Position numbers and translations under genes: made by a program
Assembly: GCA_964476665.1 (NCBI GenBank)
Contig: CAYZBO010000005.1
Coordinates: forward strand, 1-60,592
DNA length: 60,592 nt
Source: an uncultured Chryseobacterium sp.
GTDB lineage: Bacteria; Bacteroidota; Bacteroidia; Flavobacteriales_F; PHOS-HE28
Reading direction: 5' to 3'
Notes under the pieces: generated by a model
The model's database searches: none
Seen by the model: the letters and a program-made list of their open reading frames with translations, nothing else
What the model was told of the DNA's origin: nothing
Shown here: piece by piece, positions 20,101-29,607 of the stretch
How the letters are laid out: every line of letters begins with the position of its first letter
Position numbering within the stretch: the first letter of the stretch is position 1

Positions 20101-22910
20101 CCGTGGAAGTCTATACCCCCGTGCCGGCTTTCGAGGTGAGCATCAGCCCGCTTGGATGCGAGTACAACATCGAGGTGTGCGACACAAGTAACCTCGCAGG
20201 CAATAGCTATATCTACACCCTGCATTACATCTTTCCTCAAGGACCTTCACAAGTCCTCCCTGCGAACAGCTCGAACCCGTGTGTGCCATTCACGGTCGAG
20301 GCGGGTGTGTATGACTTGGAGATCAACGTTGCAGGACCTGGCGGTTGGAGCAACTGTGTCGCGGTGGACACCCTTGAAGATCTGCTGAATCTGGCGGATG
20401 TTCTTGGGCCCTGGTCCTGGGAGCCCGTCGATTCCGTGAACTGCGCGCCCTATTGCGTCGAATTCGAGGTGTTCAATCCACTGGCGGCAGGCGTCACCTA
20501 CCTCTGGGACTTTGATGATGGCACAGGAGGTGGCGGAGCGATGACAACCCACTGCTACACAGACACCGGTACATACTGTCCCACCCTGCAAGTCGTCTTC
20601 CCGAACCAGTGCGATGCCTACTTCCCTTGCGTCGATTCTATCGTGGTGCTGCCCTATAACGTACAATTGGCTTATGACAGCTTGATCTGCGAAGCCGACA
20701 CGGCATTGGTGCAGTTCACCGCCGATGCGCCCTTTGATATCACCGACATTGCATTCCTTCCCAACACGGAGGTGACCCCCGGCCCGCCTTGGACTTTCTC
20801 CCTGCATCCTACAGGTACCAGCACCTTTGTTGCCACCAGTACCTATGCCCAATGCGTCGATGCGGATACCCTACAGATCACGGTGAACCCGCTACCCGAT
20901 GTCACAGCGGAACCGTTCGGACCATTCTGCATAGACGCAGGCACCTTACCGGTACCGGTTGTTGCTCCAGTGCCCGGTAGCTTCGCATGGCCATCGAACA
21001 GCACGGACCCGCTCATCATCGGTGGCGGGAATCACGAGGTGGTTTATTCGTTCACGGATGCGAACGGGTGCACCAACACCCTCGCCATCCCCTTCACCAT
21101 CCACGACACCACGGATGTGACCTTCGACAGCATCCATACCTGCATCGATGCCGACCCATTCAACCTGCACCCTTTCGTGGATCTGCCAGGTGATACATTC
21201 TATGCGCGGTATGATGGAGTGACCTGGACCCCGTTGCCGGACCTCTTCGACCCGGCGGCCTTGCTCCCGGCACCGACCGCTGCAGAGCAGGTCGGGATCC
21301 GCTACCTCTATACGAATGCGAACGGGTGCGAGAGCACCAACGACACGGTGCTCACCGTGCATCCGCTCCCCCAAGTGCAGTTCAGCGCGCCGGATATCTG
21401 TTCCTACTCGCCGCTGGATATCACCAACAGCAGTACGATCACCTCGGGTGCGATTGACACCTGGGCGTGGAACATCACCGGGCAGCCCACACTGAGCAGT
21501 GAACAGGCGGGGCCGTTCGCCTACCCCGTTGCCGATACGCTCAACGTATCCCTCACGGCCACATCGGACCGTGGCTGTGCTAACACGGTGGAAGAGGAGG
21601 TGATCATCCATCCGGTTCCCGTGGCCAGCTTCACTTCGTCCGATGCCTGCCAGTACGATACGGTACCCTACCTGGACCAGTCCACGATTGAATGGAACGC
21701 CGGGGTGGATGTGATCGACACATGGGACTGGCGTTTCGGGGATGACCAGGGTGCCACCGGTACAGCTCCAACACATGCATGGCAGCTCTGGGGCAGCTAC
21801 GCGGACACGCTCATCGTGACCTCCGCATTCGGCTGCGCGGATACGGCCACACGCAGCATCGTCATCCACCCCGCCCCGGTGAACAGCATGCTCCTCGACC
21901 CCAACTGCTTCGGGCAGAGCACGACGCTCACCAGCAACTCCACCATTCCCCAGGGCACCATCGAGACGACGCAGTGGTTCATGGATGCAGGTCCGGTCAA
22001 TTATGTTGGACCGGTCGCCACTCACACCTTCTCCTCCGCCGGGTTCTTCCCCATCACCGTACAGACGCAGAGCGATCAGGGCTGCATCACCCTCCTCACC
22101 GACACCCTGGAGATCTGGCCCCTGCCCCGGGTGGCCTTTATCCCGACCGATACCGTACGATGCGTGAACGAGCCCGTGACATTCACCGACGCGAGCACGA
22201 TCCCGCCACCCTACACGAACAGCGCGTGGCAATGGTCCATCAACGGGACGCTCACCGGTGACGGGCCCATCCTGACGGCCGCCTTCGATACCGCCGGGAC
22301 CTATTCGGTCGGCCTGGTCGTCACCAGTGGTAACGGCTGCCAGGACTCCCTTGCCGTCGCAGACCTTATCACCGTGCATCCCCTGCCCATCGCTGGGTTC
22401 TACCCGGACCCTGCCCGCACCGGCATCCTCACCCCCGAGATCCAGGTGGCGGACACGGCACAGCTCGCTGTTGAGTGGGCCTACGACCTCGGGGATGGCC
22501 ATACCTCGACCGACCGGCAACCGGTACACACCTACGCCACCTTCGGCACTTACCTCATCCAGCAGATCGTCACCAGCATCCACGGCTGTTTGGACACTGC
22601 CTACCAGCAGTTAGTCATCGACCCTGACCTGCTCATCTACGTGCCCAACGCGTTCACCCCGGACGGCGATGGCATCAACGATGCTTTCCTGCCCTCGCTG
22701 GACGGTTTCGCCGTGCGTGAGTACAACCTGACGATCTGGAACCGCTGGGGCGAGTTGATCTTCGAAACGAACGATGAGTCCGTGGCCTGGGATGGGAGCC
22801 TGGGAGGCTCACTGGTTCAGGATGGCGTGTATATCTGGCAGATTGACCTGCACGCACAGGACTTCGTGGGGAGGAAGAGGTTGAGGGGGCATGTGACGGT
22901 GTTGAGGTAG
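17136..22910 (+). CDS. Giant PKD-repeat adhesin-like protein with a T9SS type B (gliding motility-associated) C-terminal domain
   Basis: The start MKAVLLCVMACLSIGANGQ is a signal peptide. There are many ~85-aa PKD-like units (W.FGDG....NP.H.Y...G.Y.V.L.V....GC). The C-terminus (YVPNAFTPDGDGINDAFLP...YNLTIWNRWGELIFE...WDG....G.YIW) is the type B sorting domain. The track start at 17004 lies in the IS end, so I rejected it. Confidence 0.9.
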   Translation: MKAVLLCVMACLSIGANGQFSITIAPNNLPPYCGQEILTFQVNGVPCGPGSTVAWSFTNGTGPSTGGNGSASNPCSYTALFGVGCWDATVTVNGTTYPVLDNLFCVNPFPVASFTVSQTNICEGGCITFTDASEPAGQIDSLTWTGLPCAQAGTGLPTFSCCFPDAGTYYPDLTVFANGCPDAVLDSIPIMVSGDYPTASFNPISLLDCPAPLDLNLINASGPGLTSSWELTNTATGTVVCDALTTDLLCTGVDTGTYEACLEVTNSGGCSNEVCHPVTIFEAPVLGITVSPSPTCASVPVTFSAAATQPASPGLVQWNIGCDGNVDGTGLDWSHPFSDAGTYQVCAHIEYSSTCSADTTFTIEVFDPLVAAFTPGDTTVCFSPVTLTFVNQSSGSGTLSYSWHVNGTPQANTTDFTWTFPTSSVVQLVVTNDQGCTATEQINVVLDLPELNLTGIPFGVCAGQTISPQFVLNVIPGEAPYSYSWDFDGGGEDSNLPNPIWSYNTTGSYTICLTVTTASGCIVTDCQDILVSPALDAGFGPVPQALCAGAGVALQADNPDGSSYLWNFGDGWTVTTPGPSVNYMYNDTGCFNVTLTISNLGCAADSTYPNAICIWGPVADFTIAQDCATPFEVSFSNQSLFDDSLFWDFGDGTYLVGDSADDAPDIHAPTHVYANEGIYTVCLTASADTSTCPHTRCFEVYIDVPSAELQFTPTSGCPPLCVEFSTTETFNVEWEIDFGNGDTLVATAPGCTPPPDDIDDCADWSVTFTDSPVPASGYFVPFQGGNIFPACVNYEDAGSYTITAIATNINGCTDTTVYQNAITISTAPDFATFTYSVTNPCGPYCVDLNADNSLNSYQWSYRLFPFGPWTAIPGNTDAVSLCLDDPPGFLEVQLEGDQGTCSDSQTVQVVFPVPAAASFSIDDATPCLGQEVQFTELVGGVTGHVWRVDGDPVPGAQSMAHTFVVNGIHEVCLSVVDAQYNCPDTSCQTVEVYTPVPAFEVSISPLGCEYNIEVCDTSNLAGNSYIYTLHYIFPQGPSQVLPANSSNPCVPFTVEAGVYDLEINVAGPGGWSNCVAVDTLEDLLNLADVLGPWSWEPVDSVNCAPYCVEFEVFNPLAAGVTYLWDFDDGTGGGGAMTTHCYTDTGTYCPTLQVVFPNQCDAYFPCVDSIVVLPYNVQLAYDSLICEADTALVQFTADAPFDITDIAFLPNTEVTPGPPWTFSLHPTGTSTFVATSTYAQCVDADTLQITVNPLPDVTAEPFGPFCIDAGTLPVPVVAPVPGSFAWPSNSTDPLIIGGGNHEVVYSFTDANGCTNTLAIPFTIHDTTDVTFDSIHTCIDADPFNLHPFVDLPGDTFYARYDGVTWTPLPDLFDPAALLPAPTAAEQVGIRYLYTNANGCESTNDTVLTVHPLPQVQFSAPDICSYSPLDITNSSTITSGAIDTWAWNITGQPTLSSEQAGPFAYPVADTLNVSLTATSDRGCANTVEEEVIIHPVPVASFTSSDACQYDTVPYLDQSTIEWNAGVDVIDTWDWRFGDDQGATGTAPTHAWQLWGSYADTLIVTSAFGCADTATRSIVIHPAPVNSMLLDPNCFGQSTTLTSNSTIPQGTIETTQWFMDAGPVNYVGPVATHTFSSAGFFPITVQTQSDQGCITLLTDTLEIWPLPRVAFIPTDTVRCVNEPVTFTDASTIPPPYTNSAWQWSINGTLTGDGPILTAAFDTAGTYSVGLVVTSGNGCQDSLAVADLITVHPLPIAGFYPDPARTGILTPEIQVADTAQLAVEWAYDLGDGHTSTDRQPVHTYATFGTYLIQQIVTSIHGCLDTAYQQLVIDPDLLIYVPNAFTPDGDGINDAFLPSLDGFAVREYNLTIWNRWGELIFETNDESVAWDGSLGGSLVQDGVYIWQIDLHAQDFVGRKRLRGHVTVLR

Positions 22911-22938
22911 AGCGATTCGTCGCTGAGGTCTTAACGAA

Positions 22939-25236
22939 TTGAGGTGCGTCTCCCACAGATATTTTACCGAGTGCTTCACATCAACAAAGCCACGATTGCT
23001 ATACTTTCACGGTGCTCGAATTACTCCATGTACCGTGTTCCAATCTACCAATCGCCTTATACTTAAAGCAGCCATCTGCCTGCTTGGCTTGTCGTGCGAA
23101 GTCGCAGTTGGCCAGTCCTTGCCCGTCTTGGCAAGGAGTGCACCACGGACTATCGATACATCATACTGTCAGGCATTGCTTGATAGTGGGGATTTCTATT
23201 TCAGCCGGAATTCTGATTCTGCAAAGTACTATTACTGGCATGTCCGCTCCATTACCAGCTCAGTACAGCATGATATCAGTCCCCCCCTCGTTCGATTGCA
23301 AGCAATGGCATTGAATGGTCTTGGACATGTACATGAATCAACTAGTCGTCCCGACTCGGCACTATTGCTATTCAGGAAAGCCGGGAAACTAGCGGAGGAG
23401 ATCAGGGACACATTACTCTTGTCTTCCTCGCTGAACTATCAGGGTAAACTGTACTACGGAACGGGTCAACTCGATAGCGCGGATCACTACTGGAGTCTGG
23501 CAGTGAGGCTCCGTCGCCGTCTTGGCGACAACCAGTTACTGGCGAACACATTGAACAATCTAGCATGGTTGAATCGGGAACGAGGTGATATAGCCATGAC
23601 GATCACGCTTCTAACGGAGGCCATTGGTCTTTGGGAGGCGGCCATGGATAGCTCCGGACTTGCTTTCGGCATGCATGCACTGGGGTCTTTGTATTACCAA
23701 TTGGGGCAGTACTCTCAGTCTCTACGTCACCATATGCGAAGTCTATCCATCCGCGAGGCCATCGGAGACAAAAGAGGAATGAGTGCCTCCCATAATGAGA
23801 TCGCATTGATCATGAAGGATGCCGCGGACTGGGATAGAGCCCTGCTTCATTTTCAGCGATCGAATGAATTGTGTCACGAACTCAATGATGCTTCCAGGTT
23901 GGGCATTCTGTACAATAACATTGCTGATATCTATGAAAAGAAACGATTATACGTAGAAGCCATGGATTATTTAATGAAAGCTGAGCAACTCTGTCTTGAA
24001 GCAGACCATCGAAAAGGTATTGCCTTGTCTAGAATGAATCGCGCTCAGGTTGAGATGAAGCTCGGCAATGTGAACGACGCTATGAGGTTAATAAGAGAGA
24101 GTCTAGCGCTTTATAGGAGCATTAAGGACCAGCACGGTATTGCCCGATGCCTCGCTGGCCTGGGCAGCATGCTCATGTCAGCCCAAGAGCTTTCAGAAGG
24201 CCACTCTGCCCTATTAGAGTCCGTTAATATCGCCCGTAGGCTCGGATCGAAGCGGGTCGAGGCAGATGCATTGGCAACGCTCCATGTATACTATCGGACA
24301 GCTGGCTCACATCAGAAGGCTTACTCCACAGCTGCTCGCTTATCTGTCTTACACGATAGCCTCGTCATTCGGGAAGCTGCAGCCGCGGTCGTTCGTTTTG
24401 ATCTGCTTCGAGAACAGAGATCGACATCATTGCGTGATAGTTTGATGCGGGCCGGCAACGCACAAATAGCAAACGCGGAACTCAAGCTATCCAACGAGGT
24501 CGCCGATGAACGTAACGAGCAATCCCGTGCGGTCGCATTTAGTGTGCTCGCAGCATTGTTGTTCGCCGGAGTTCTTGGTGGGGTCGGCGTGGGCCGATCA
24601 AGAATAGCCCAAACCAGAAAGAGGAACGCGATGGTCGCCAGAGTATGGCGCTCCCAGGTCAACCCCAACTTCATCCACACCGCGCTGCAGAACATCAACG
24701 CCTACGTCCAAGCCAATGAGCGGGACCTCGCCTCTTCCTTCCTCACGCGTTTTGCGCGGCTGATGCGGGCGGTACTGGAGAATGCAAGACAGGAAGAGGT
24801 CAGCTTGGCCGCTGATCTGGACGTCATGCGCGATTACCTCGAGCTTGAACGCCTGCGTTTGGCTGGCCGGTTCACCTACAGCTTGGAGGTGGACCCTGCC
24901 ATCGACCCGGAGGTCGTGATGGTGCCCCCCATGCTGTTGCAGCCCTATGCAGAGCAGGCGATATGGGGTCGAGCCAATCAGCAGGAAGACTGCGTGCGGT
25001 TGGTCATCCGAGTGCAACACCGGAAGGATAGCTTGGTACTCACTTTGGAGAATGACCTGGAGCCCAACGCTCCGCAGCGACCAGGCGGGTCAATGCGCTC
25101 AGAAGGAACGGATATAACCGAGGCGCGGCTGACCTTATTGGCCAAGAAAGGTGGTCGGCAGGCTTCGGTCAAGGTCATGCCTTTACCGGGCGGCCATTGC
25201 GTGGAACTCACCCTGCCCTACAATATGGCGGCCTAG
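22939..25236 (+). CDS. TPR-repeat LytS-like sensor kinase homologue with degenerate catalytic motifs (probable pseudokinase)
   Basis: TPR-like repeats are followed by one TM segment and a His_kinase-like region. That region reads VNPNFIHTALQNIN instead of NPHF.FNALN, EQAIWGR instead of ENAIWHG, and has no DDDGVG box. The start is uncertain: TTG at 22939 or GTG at 23035 (MFQSTNRLILKAAICLLGLSC). Confidence 0.8.
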   Translation: MRCVSHRYFTECFTSTKPRLLYFHGARITPCTVFQSTNRLILKAAICLLGLSCEVAVGQSLPVLARSAPRTIDTSYCQALLDSGDFYFSRNSDSAKYYYWHVRSITSSVQHDISPPLVRLQAMALNGLGHVHESTSRPDSALLLFRKAGKLAEEIRDTLLLSSSLNYQGKLYYGTGQLDSADHYWSLAVRLRRRLGDNQLLANTLNNLAWLNRERGDIAMTITLLTEAIGLWEAAMDSSGLAFGMHALGSLYYQLGQYSQSLRHHMRSLSIREAIGDKRGMSASHNEIALIMKDAADWDRALLHFQRSNELCHELNDASRLGILYNNIADIYEKKRLYVEAMDYLMKAEQLCLEADHRKGIALSRMNRAQVEMKLGNVNDAMRLIRESLALYRSIKDQHGIARCLAGLGSMLMSAQELSEGHSALLESVNIARRLGSKRVEADALATLHVYYRTAGSHQKAYSTAARLSVLHDSLVIREAAAAVVRFDLLREQRSTSLRDSLMRAGNAQIANAELKLSNEVADERNEQSRAVAFSVLAALLFAGVLGGVGVGRSRIAQTRKRNAMVARVWRSQVNPNFIHTALQNINAYVQANERDLASSFLTRFARLMRAVLENARQEEVSLAADLDVMRDYLELERLRLAGRFTYSLEVDPAIDPEVVMVPPMLLQPYAEQAIWGRANQQEDCVRLVIRVQHRKDSLVLTLENDLEPNAPQRPGGSMRSEGTDITEARLTLLAKKGGRQASVKVMPLPGGHCVELTLPYNMAA

Positions 25237-25239
25237 TTC

Positions 25240-27624
25240 ATGCGGGAACGGCCAACATATCGTATTGACGTCAGTATCCTGCGCATTCCATCATGGGGGG
25301 CGCTGTTGCTCATTCTGCTTTGCGGCCGCCCATGCGCGCTGGGCCAGGATGCCGTAATGGACTCCTTACGCGGTGCTATCTCTGTAGCAAAGAACGACAC
25401 GTCGCGCATCGGCGCGCTTATCGCCATGTCGGAGCACATCTATGCGACCGACCCGGATACGAACGCCGTCATCTGCCGCGATGCGATCAGGCAGGCGGAC
25501 AAAGCTCTACTCGGAGTGCAAGGGAGGACCCGGGTCCGCTCCACCCTGCTCCGGCAAAAGGCCACAGCCATCAACAATCTGGCGGTCACGCACTTCATCT
25601 ACGGCGAAATGGACAGCGCATTAGCCTGCTTCCGGAATGCGCGTTCCATCCACCGGGCGAACGGGGTAACGGTGGGTGAGGCGGACACGTGGAACAATGA
25701 GAGCCTCGTCCATGAGGCCCGCGGCGACCATGCTCAACAGAGACGTTGCCTGGCAGAGGCGGTCAGAGTCTATCAGCGCGCTGGTGACCAGCAGCGGATG
25801 GCCGCAGCATTGAACAACCTCGGGCAGTACCACACCACCCGAGGCATGATGGACAGCGCTCTGGTCTTCATGGACAGTAGCCTGGCGATCTACAGGTCAT
25901 TGAAGGATGATAGGGGCGTCGCCAATGCACTGCTCAACATTGCCATGAACCATCGCGATCGCGGCAGGCCGGCCGAGGCGTTGGAGATCCTGCTTTCCAG
26001 CGAGGAGGTGTACGAGCGCTTGGGTGATCGCGGGGCCTTGGCCACCTGCAAGAACAACATCGCCTCGATCTATGCCGATCAGGCAATGCCGGAACAGGCG
26101 CTGCGGTACTATCATCAGGCACTGGACATCAACACCGCGCTTGGCGACCGTATCGGGCAGGCCAACAACCACATGAACATCGGATCCGCACTGGAGACCC
26201 AAGGCGAACTGGACCTGGCATTGGAAGAGTTGCAGAGAAGCCTTGACCTGTACCGGGCTGCGGGGGACCGACGTGGTGAGGCCTTGGTACGAGGCCATTT
26301 GGGCGATCTATGGAAGAACATGGGTGACCGGACGAAAGCACTTCAGGAACTTGGACTGAGCCTTGAGCTCAGCAAGGAGTTGGATACCCCGCGCGAACAA
26401 GCCACGGCGCTCTACAAGATGGGGCACTACTTCGAGGATGAGGGTCAGCTGGATTCCGCTTTGTTCTACTACCATGCCGCGCTGAAGCTCGACCGCACCA
26501 TGGAGGACCGGGAGTCGGAATCATTCGCGCTCTACAGCATCGCCAAGGTGGTGCTTAGGCAAGGTCGGGTGAAGGAGGCGATCGCCTTCGCCCAGCAGGC
26601 GTTGGGCCTCGCCCAGCAAGGCGGCTATCCGGTGAACATCATGCGCGCCACGCAGGTGCTGCACGAGGCGCTTGCGCGGCAGGGGAACTGGTCACGCGCC
26701 TTGGAAATGCTAGAACTGCATCAGCAGATGAAGGACAGCGTAAACAATGCGGAGAACGCTAAAAAAACGGTGCGCCTACAGATGCGCTACGATTTCGATC
26801 GGAAGCAACTGGCCGACAGCATCGCCCACGCTGCGGCGATGGCCGAGCTGGATAATGAGCGGCGTATCGCAGTACTGGAGGGCCAACGGGCGCGCAATCG
26901 CACATGGGCCTTCGCCATAGGGGGTCTCATCCTGGTGGCTGGTGGTGGCCTGGTGTACCGCATCGACCGCAAACGCCGGAAGGAGCGTTTCGAGCGGGAT
27001 GCCGCGCTGCTGCAGATGAAGGCGCTACGCACACAGATGAATCCGCACTTCATCTTCAACGCCCTCAACAGCATCAACCACTATGTGCAGGAGAACGAGC
27101 GCGACCTGGCCAGTGGCTTTCTGACCAAGTTCGCGCGGCTCATGCGGCTGGTGTTGGAGAATAGTCGGCACAATGAGGTGCCCTTGGCATCGGACATGGA
27201 GGCCTTGCGCCTGTATATCGATCTGGAGCGGGCGCGCTTGAACAACCGGTTCAGCTATGAGGTGCAGATCGACCCCGGCATTGACGCTGAGACGACCTTG
27301 GTGCCCCCGCTCATCCTGCAGCCCTTCGTGGAGAACGCCATCTGGCACGGCCTGTCCAAGAAGGAAGGCGAAGGTCATCTGACGATCAGCGTGGACCGGT
27401 CGGCGGACATGCTGGTGGTCACCATCGATGACGATGGCGTAGGACGCAGCTCCGTAGAAAGATCCGGCCCTGCGCCGAATGAAGGCAAGACCTCTCTCGG
27501 CACGAGCATCACACAGGAGCGGTTGGCCACACTTGGGAGCAAAGGAGGGGCGCGAGCCGGCTTTAGCTATGTGGAGGCTGCTCAGGGAACGACGGTGGTG
27601 ATTTACATGCCGATTATATTTTAG
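25240..27624 (+). CDS. TPR-repeat sensor histidine kinase (LytS/His_kinase PF06580-type plus HATPase)
   Basis: There are about 10 TPR-like units, a TM segment (WAFAIGGLILVAGGGLVY), then MNPHFIFNALNSINHYV, PFVENAIWHG and TIDDDGVG. Confidence 0.88.
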   Translation: MRERPTYRIDVSILRIPSWGALLLILLCGRPCALGQDAVMDSLRGAISVAKNDTSRIGALIAMSEHIYATDPDTNAVICRDAIRQADKALLGVQGRTRVRSTLLRQKATAINNLAVTHFIYGEMDSALACFRNARSIHRANGVTVGEADTWNNESLVHEARGDHAQQRRCLAEAVRVYQRAGDQQRMAAALNNLGQYHTTRGMMDSALVFMDSSLAIYRSLKDDRGVANALLNIAMNHRDRGRPAEALEILLSSEEVYERLGDRGALATCKNNIASIYADQAMPEQALRYYHQALDINTALGDRIGQANNHMNIGSALETQGELDLALEELQRSLDLYRAAGDRRGEALVRGHLGDLWKNMGDRTKALQELGLSLELSKELDTPREQATALYKMGHYFEDEGQLDSALFYYHAALKLDRTMEDRESESFALYSIAKVVLRQGRVKEAIAFAQQALGLAQQGGYPVNIMRATQVLHEALARQGNWSRALEMLELHQQMKDSVNNAENAKKTVRLQMRYDFDRKQLADSIAHAAAMAELDNERRIAVLEGQRARNRTWAFAIGGLILVAGGGLVYRIDRKRRKERFERDAALLQMKALRTQMNPHFIFNALNSINHYVQENERDLASGFLTKFARLMRLVLENSRHNEVPLASDMEALRLYIDLERARLNNRFSYEVQIDPGIDAETTLVPPLILQPFVENAIWHGLSKKEGEGHLTISVDRSADMLVVTIDDDGVGRSSVERSGPAPNEGKTSLGTSITQERLATLGSKGGARAGFSYVEAAQGTTVVIYMPIIF
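27037..27575 (+). repeat. 539-bp near-identical segment (kinase core), copy 1
   Basis: Aligns without indels to 28932..29470 (constant offset 1895), with only scattered substitutions by eye. Confidence 0.9.
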
Positions 27625-27632
27625 TTTAATTC

Positions 27633-29525
27633 ATGTCACTTTACAGTCACGGTATGTTGAAGTTTTTCAATCGCTTATTACTTTTTTCTTTCTGCTTTAA
27701 ATCCTGCTCAAATCCCCCTGTTAAACAAACTGAAATCCTATCCCCGGTGCTGATTAACAAATCAGACAATAAATCATGTCAAACGCAAGCACTACTAAAC
27801 ATGGGCGAGGCGGCGCTCCACGACTGGAGCATCGAAGACAGGCTGTTGAATGCACGTCTGTGTTTCGAAGAGTGCAGGCATATTGCATATTCAGCGCACG
27901 ATAAACATCGATACGCAGATTGCACGATGCGGCTGGCTGTATCAGTCAATGATACCAAGCAAGCCTTACTGTACCTGGACGAAAGCCTTCATGCCTTTAC
28001 CGCAATAGGCGACACGGCAGGCATGATAGAATGTTTGAGGCACAGAGCTAGTGCGTACGCGCAGGTAGGAGATATCTCAAACGCCGAGAAGACACTGATT
28101 ATGGCAATCGAATTAAAGCGAGATATGCTGGACGCTGAATACGCTCAAATATGTCAACAACTTGGAATAGAATTAGCAATATGTCATAAGCATGAACTGG
28201 CACAGGCTTGGTTTATGCGTGGTTTCTATGCTGCACAATCTGCCCATGATTTTGGACTACAAATAGACTTATTAAGTGGATTAGCCCGATCACACAAAGC
28301 TCTATTGAACTCTGACAGCACAATAAAGTACGCCCTAAATCTCATTCGTACAGACCTCGAACATCCCGATACCGATTCTGTTACTAATGCATTTCGCCAA
28401 GTCATAGTCGCCGAGGCCAATCAACTGATAGCAGAAGCGTATTTACAAAAAGATGATAAAAAACGCGCAAAGGTATACGCACTCCGAGCACTAGATCTGG
28501 AAAGAAGAAATGATGGTAAAATAGTTTCATCCAGTGGATTTCTTCACCGAATACTGGTTGAGGTATTCGAAAGAGCGGGGGATTATAAGCGTGCATTAAA
28601 GCACCAACGGTTATTCTCAGAATTATTAGCAGAACAGAATTTGATGGAAATAATGATACGGAACCAAGTGAAGGAGCAGGAATATGAACATGCCAGACGA
28701 ACAGAGCGCGACAGCCTATTGCGAGCGTCCATCTCCGCCGAACTTCGCCATGCGAATGATTTGCGGGCTCAAGAAAGGAGCCAGTTCAGGCTCAGATTGT
28801 ATTTACTCTTTTTGTCGTCTATGTTCCTTGTCATAGTATTGGTGGCATTTAACCGCTGGAGGGTTCAACGACAACGTGCTCGTTCTGATCTATATTCTGC
28901 TTGGATGGAATCCAAGCTTCTTCGCACCCAGATGAATCCGCACTTCATTTTCAACGCCCTCAACAGCATCAACCACTATGTGCAGGATAACGAGCGCGAC
29001 CTGGCCAGTGGCTTTCTGACCAAGTTCGCGCGGCTCATGCGGCTGGTGTTGGAGAATAGTCGGCACAACGAGGTGCCCTTGGCATCGGACATGGAGGCCT
29101 TGAGCCTCTATATCGATCTGGAGCGGGCGCGCTTGAACAACCGGTTCAACTATGAAGTGCAGATCGACCAGGGCATTGACGCGGAGGCCACCCTGGTGCC
29201 CCCGCTCATCCTACAGCCCTTCGTGGAGAACGCCATCTGGCATGGCCTGTCCAAGAAGGAGGGCGAAGGACATCTCAGGATCAGCGTGTGCCGGTCGGAG
29301 GACATGCTGGTGGTCACCATCGATGACGATGGCGTAGGACGCAGCTCCGTAGAAAGATCCGGCCCTGCGCCGAATGGAGGCAAGACCTCGCTCGGAACGA
29401 GCATCACGCAGGAGCGGTTGGCCACTCTCGGGAGCAAGGAGGGGACGCAGGCCGGCTTCAGCTATGTGGATGTTCCCCGAGGAACGCGGGTGGAGGTGAA
29501 GATCCCCAGCCTGAGCGCAGTCTGA
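27633..29525 (+). CDS. Sensor histidine kinase (LytS/His_kinase type) with an AT-rich helical-repeat sensor module
   Basis: The C-terminal 180 aa are almost identical to the preceding kinase (MNPHFIFNALNSINHYV, ENAIWHG, DDDGVG). The TM segment is LYLLFLSSMFLVIVLVAF. An alternative start at 27654 (MLKFFNRLLLFSFCFKSC) is lipobox-like. Confidence 0.88.
   Translation: MSLYSHGMLKFFNRLLLFSFCFKSCSNPPVKQTEILSPVLINKSDNKSCQTQALLNMGEAALHDWSIEDRLLNARLCFEECRHIAYSAHDKHRYADCTMRLAVSVNDTKQALLYLDESLHAFTAIGDTAGMIECLRHRASAYAQVGDISNAEKTLIMAIELKRDMLDAEYAQICQQLGIELAICHKHELAQAWFMRGFYAAQSAHDFGLQIDLLSGLARSHKALLNSDSTIKYALNLIRTDLEHPDTDSVTNAFRQVIVAEANQLIAEAYLQKDDKKRAKVYALRALDLERRNDGKIVSSSGFLHRILVEVFERAGDYKRALKHQRLFSELLAEQNLMEIMIRNQVKEQEYEHARRTERDSLLRASISAELRHANDLRAQERSQFRLRLYLLFLSSMFLVIVLVAFNRWRVQRQRARSDLYSAWMESKLLRTQMNPHFIFNALNSINHYVQDNERDLASGFLTKFARLMRLVLENSRHNEVPLASDMEALSLYIDLERARLNNRFNYEVQIDQGIDAEATLVPPLILQPFVENAIWHGLSKKEGEGHLRISVCRSEDMLVVTIDDDGVGRSSVERSGPAPNGGKTSLGTSITQERLATLGSKEGTQAGFSYVDVPRGTRVEVKIPSLSAV
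28932..29470 (+). repeat. 539-bp near-identical segment (kinase core), copy 2
   Basis: See copy 1 at 27037..27575. Confidence 0.9.
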
Positions 29526-29607
29526 TGGACACCGCCGTTGGCGCGGCGAAGCTTGCCAGGTGCTCAGTGGAGCTGGTGAACGGAGGGCCACAGTAGCACC
29601 TTGCGGC

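Noticed and set aside
27037-29470. Diversity-generating retroelement (template/variable repeat pair)
   Set aside because: There is no reverse transcriptase gene in the window. Differences between the repeat copies are of all substitution types rather than adenine-specific, and the repeats are kinase catalytic cores rather than C-type lectin or Ig variable ends.
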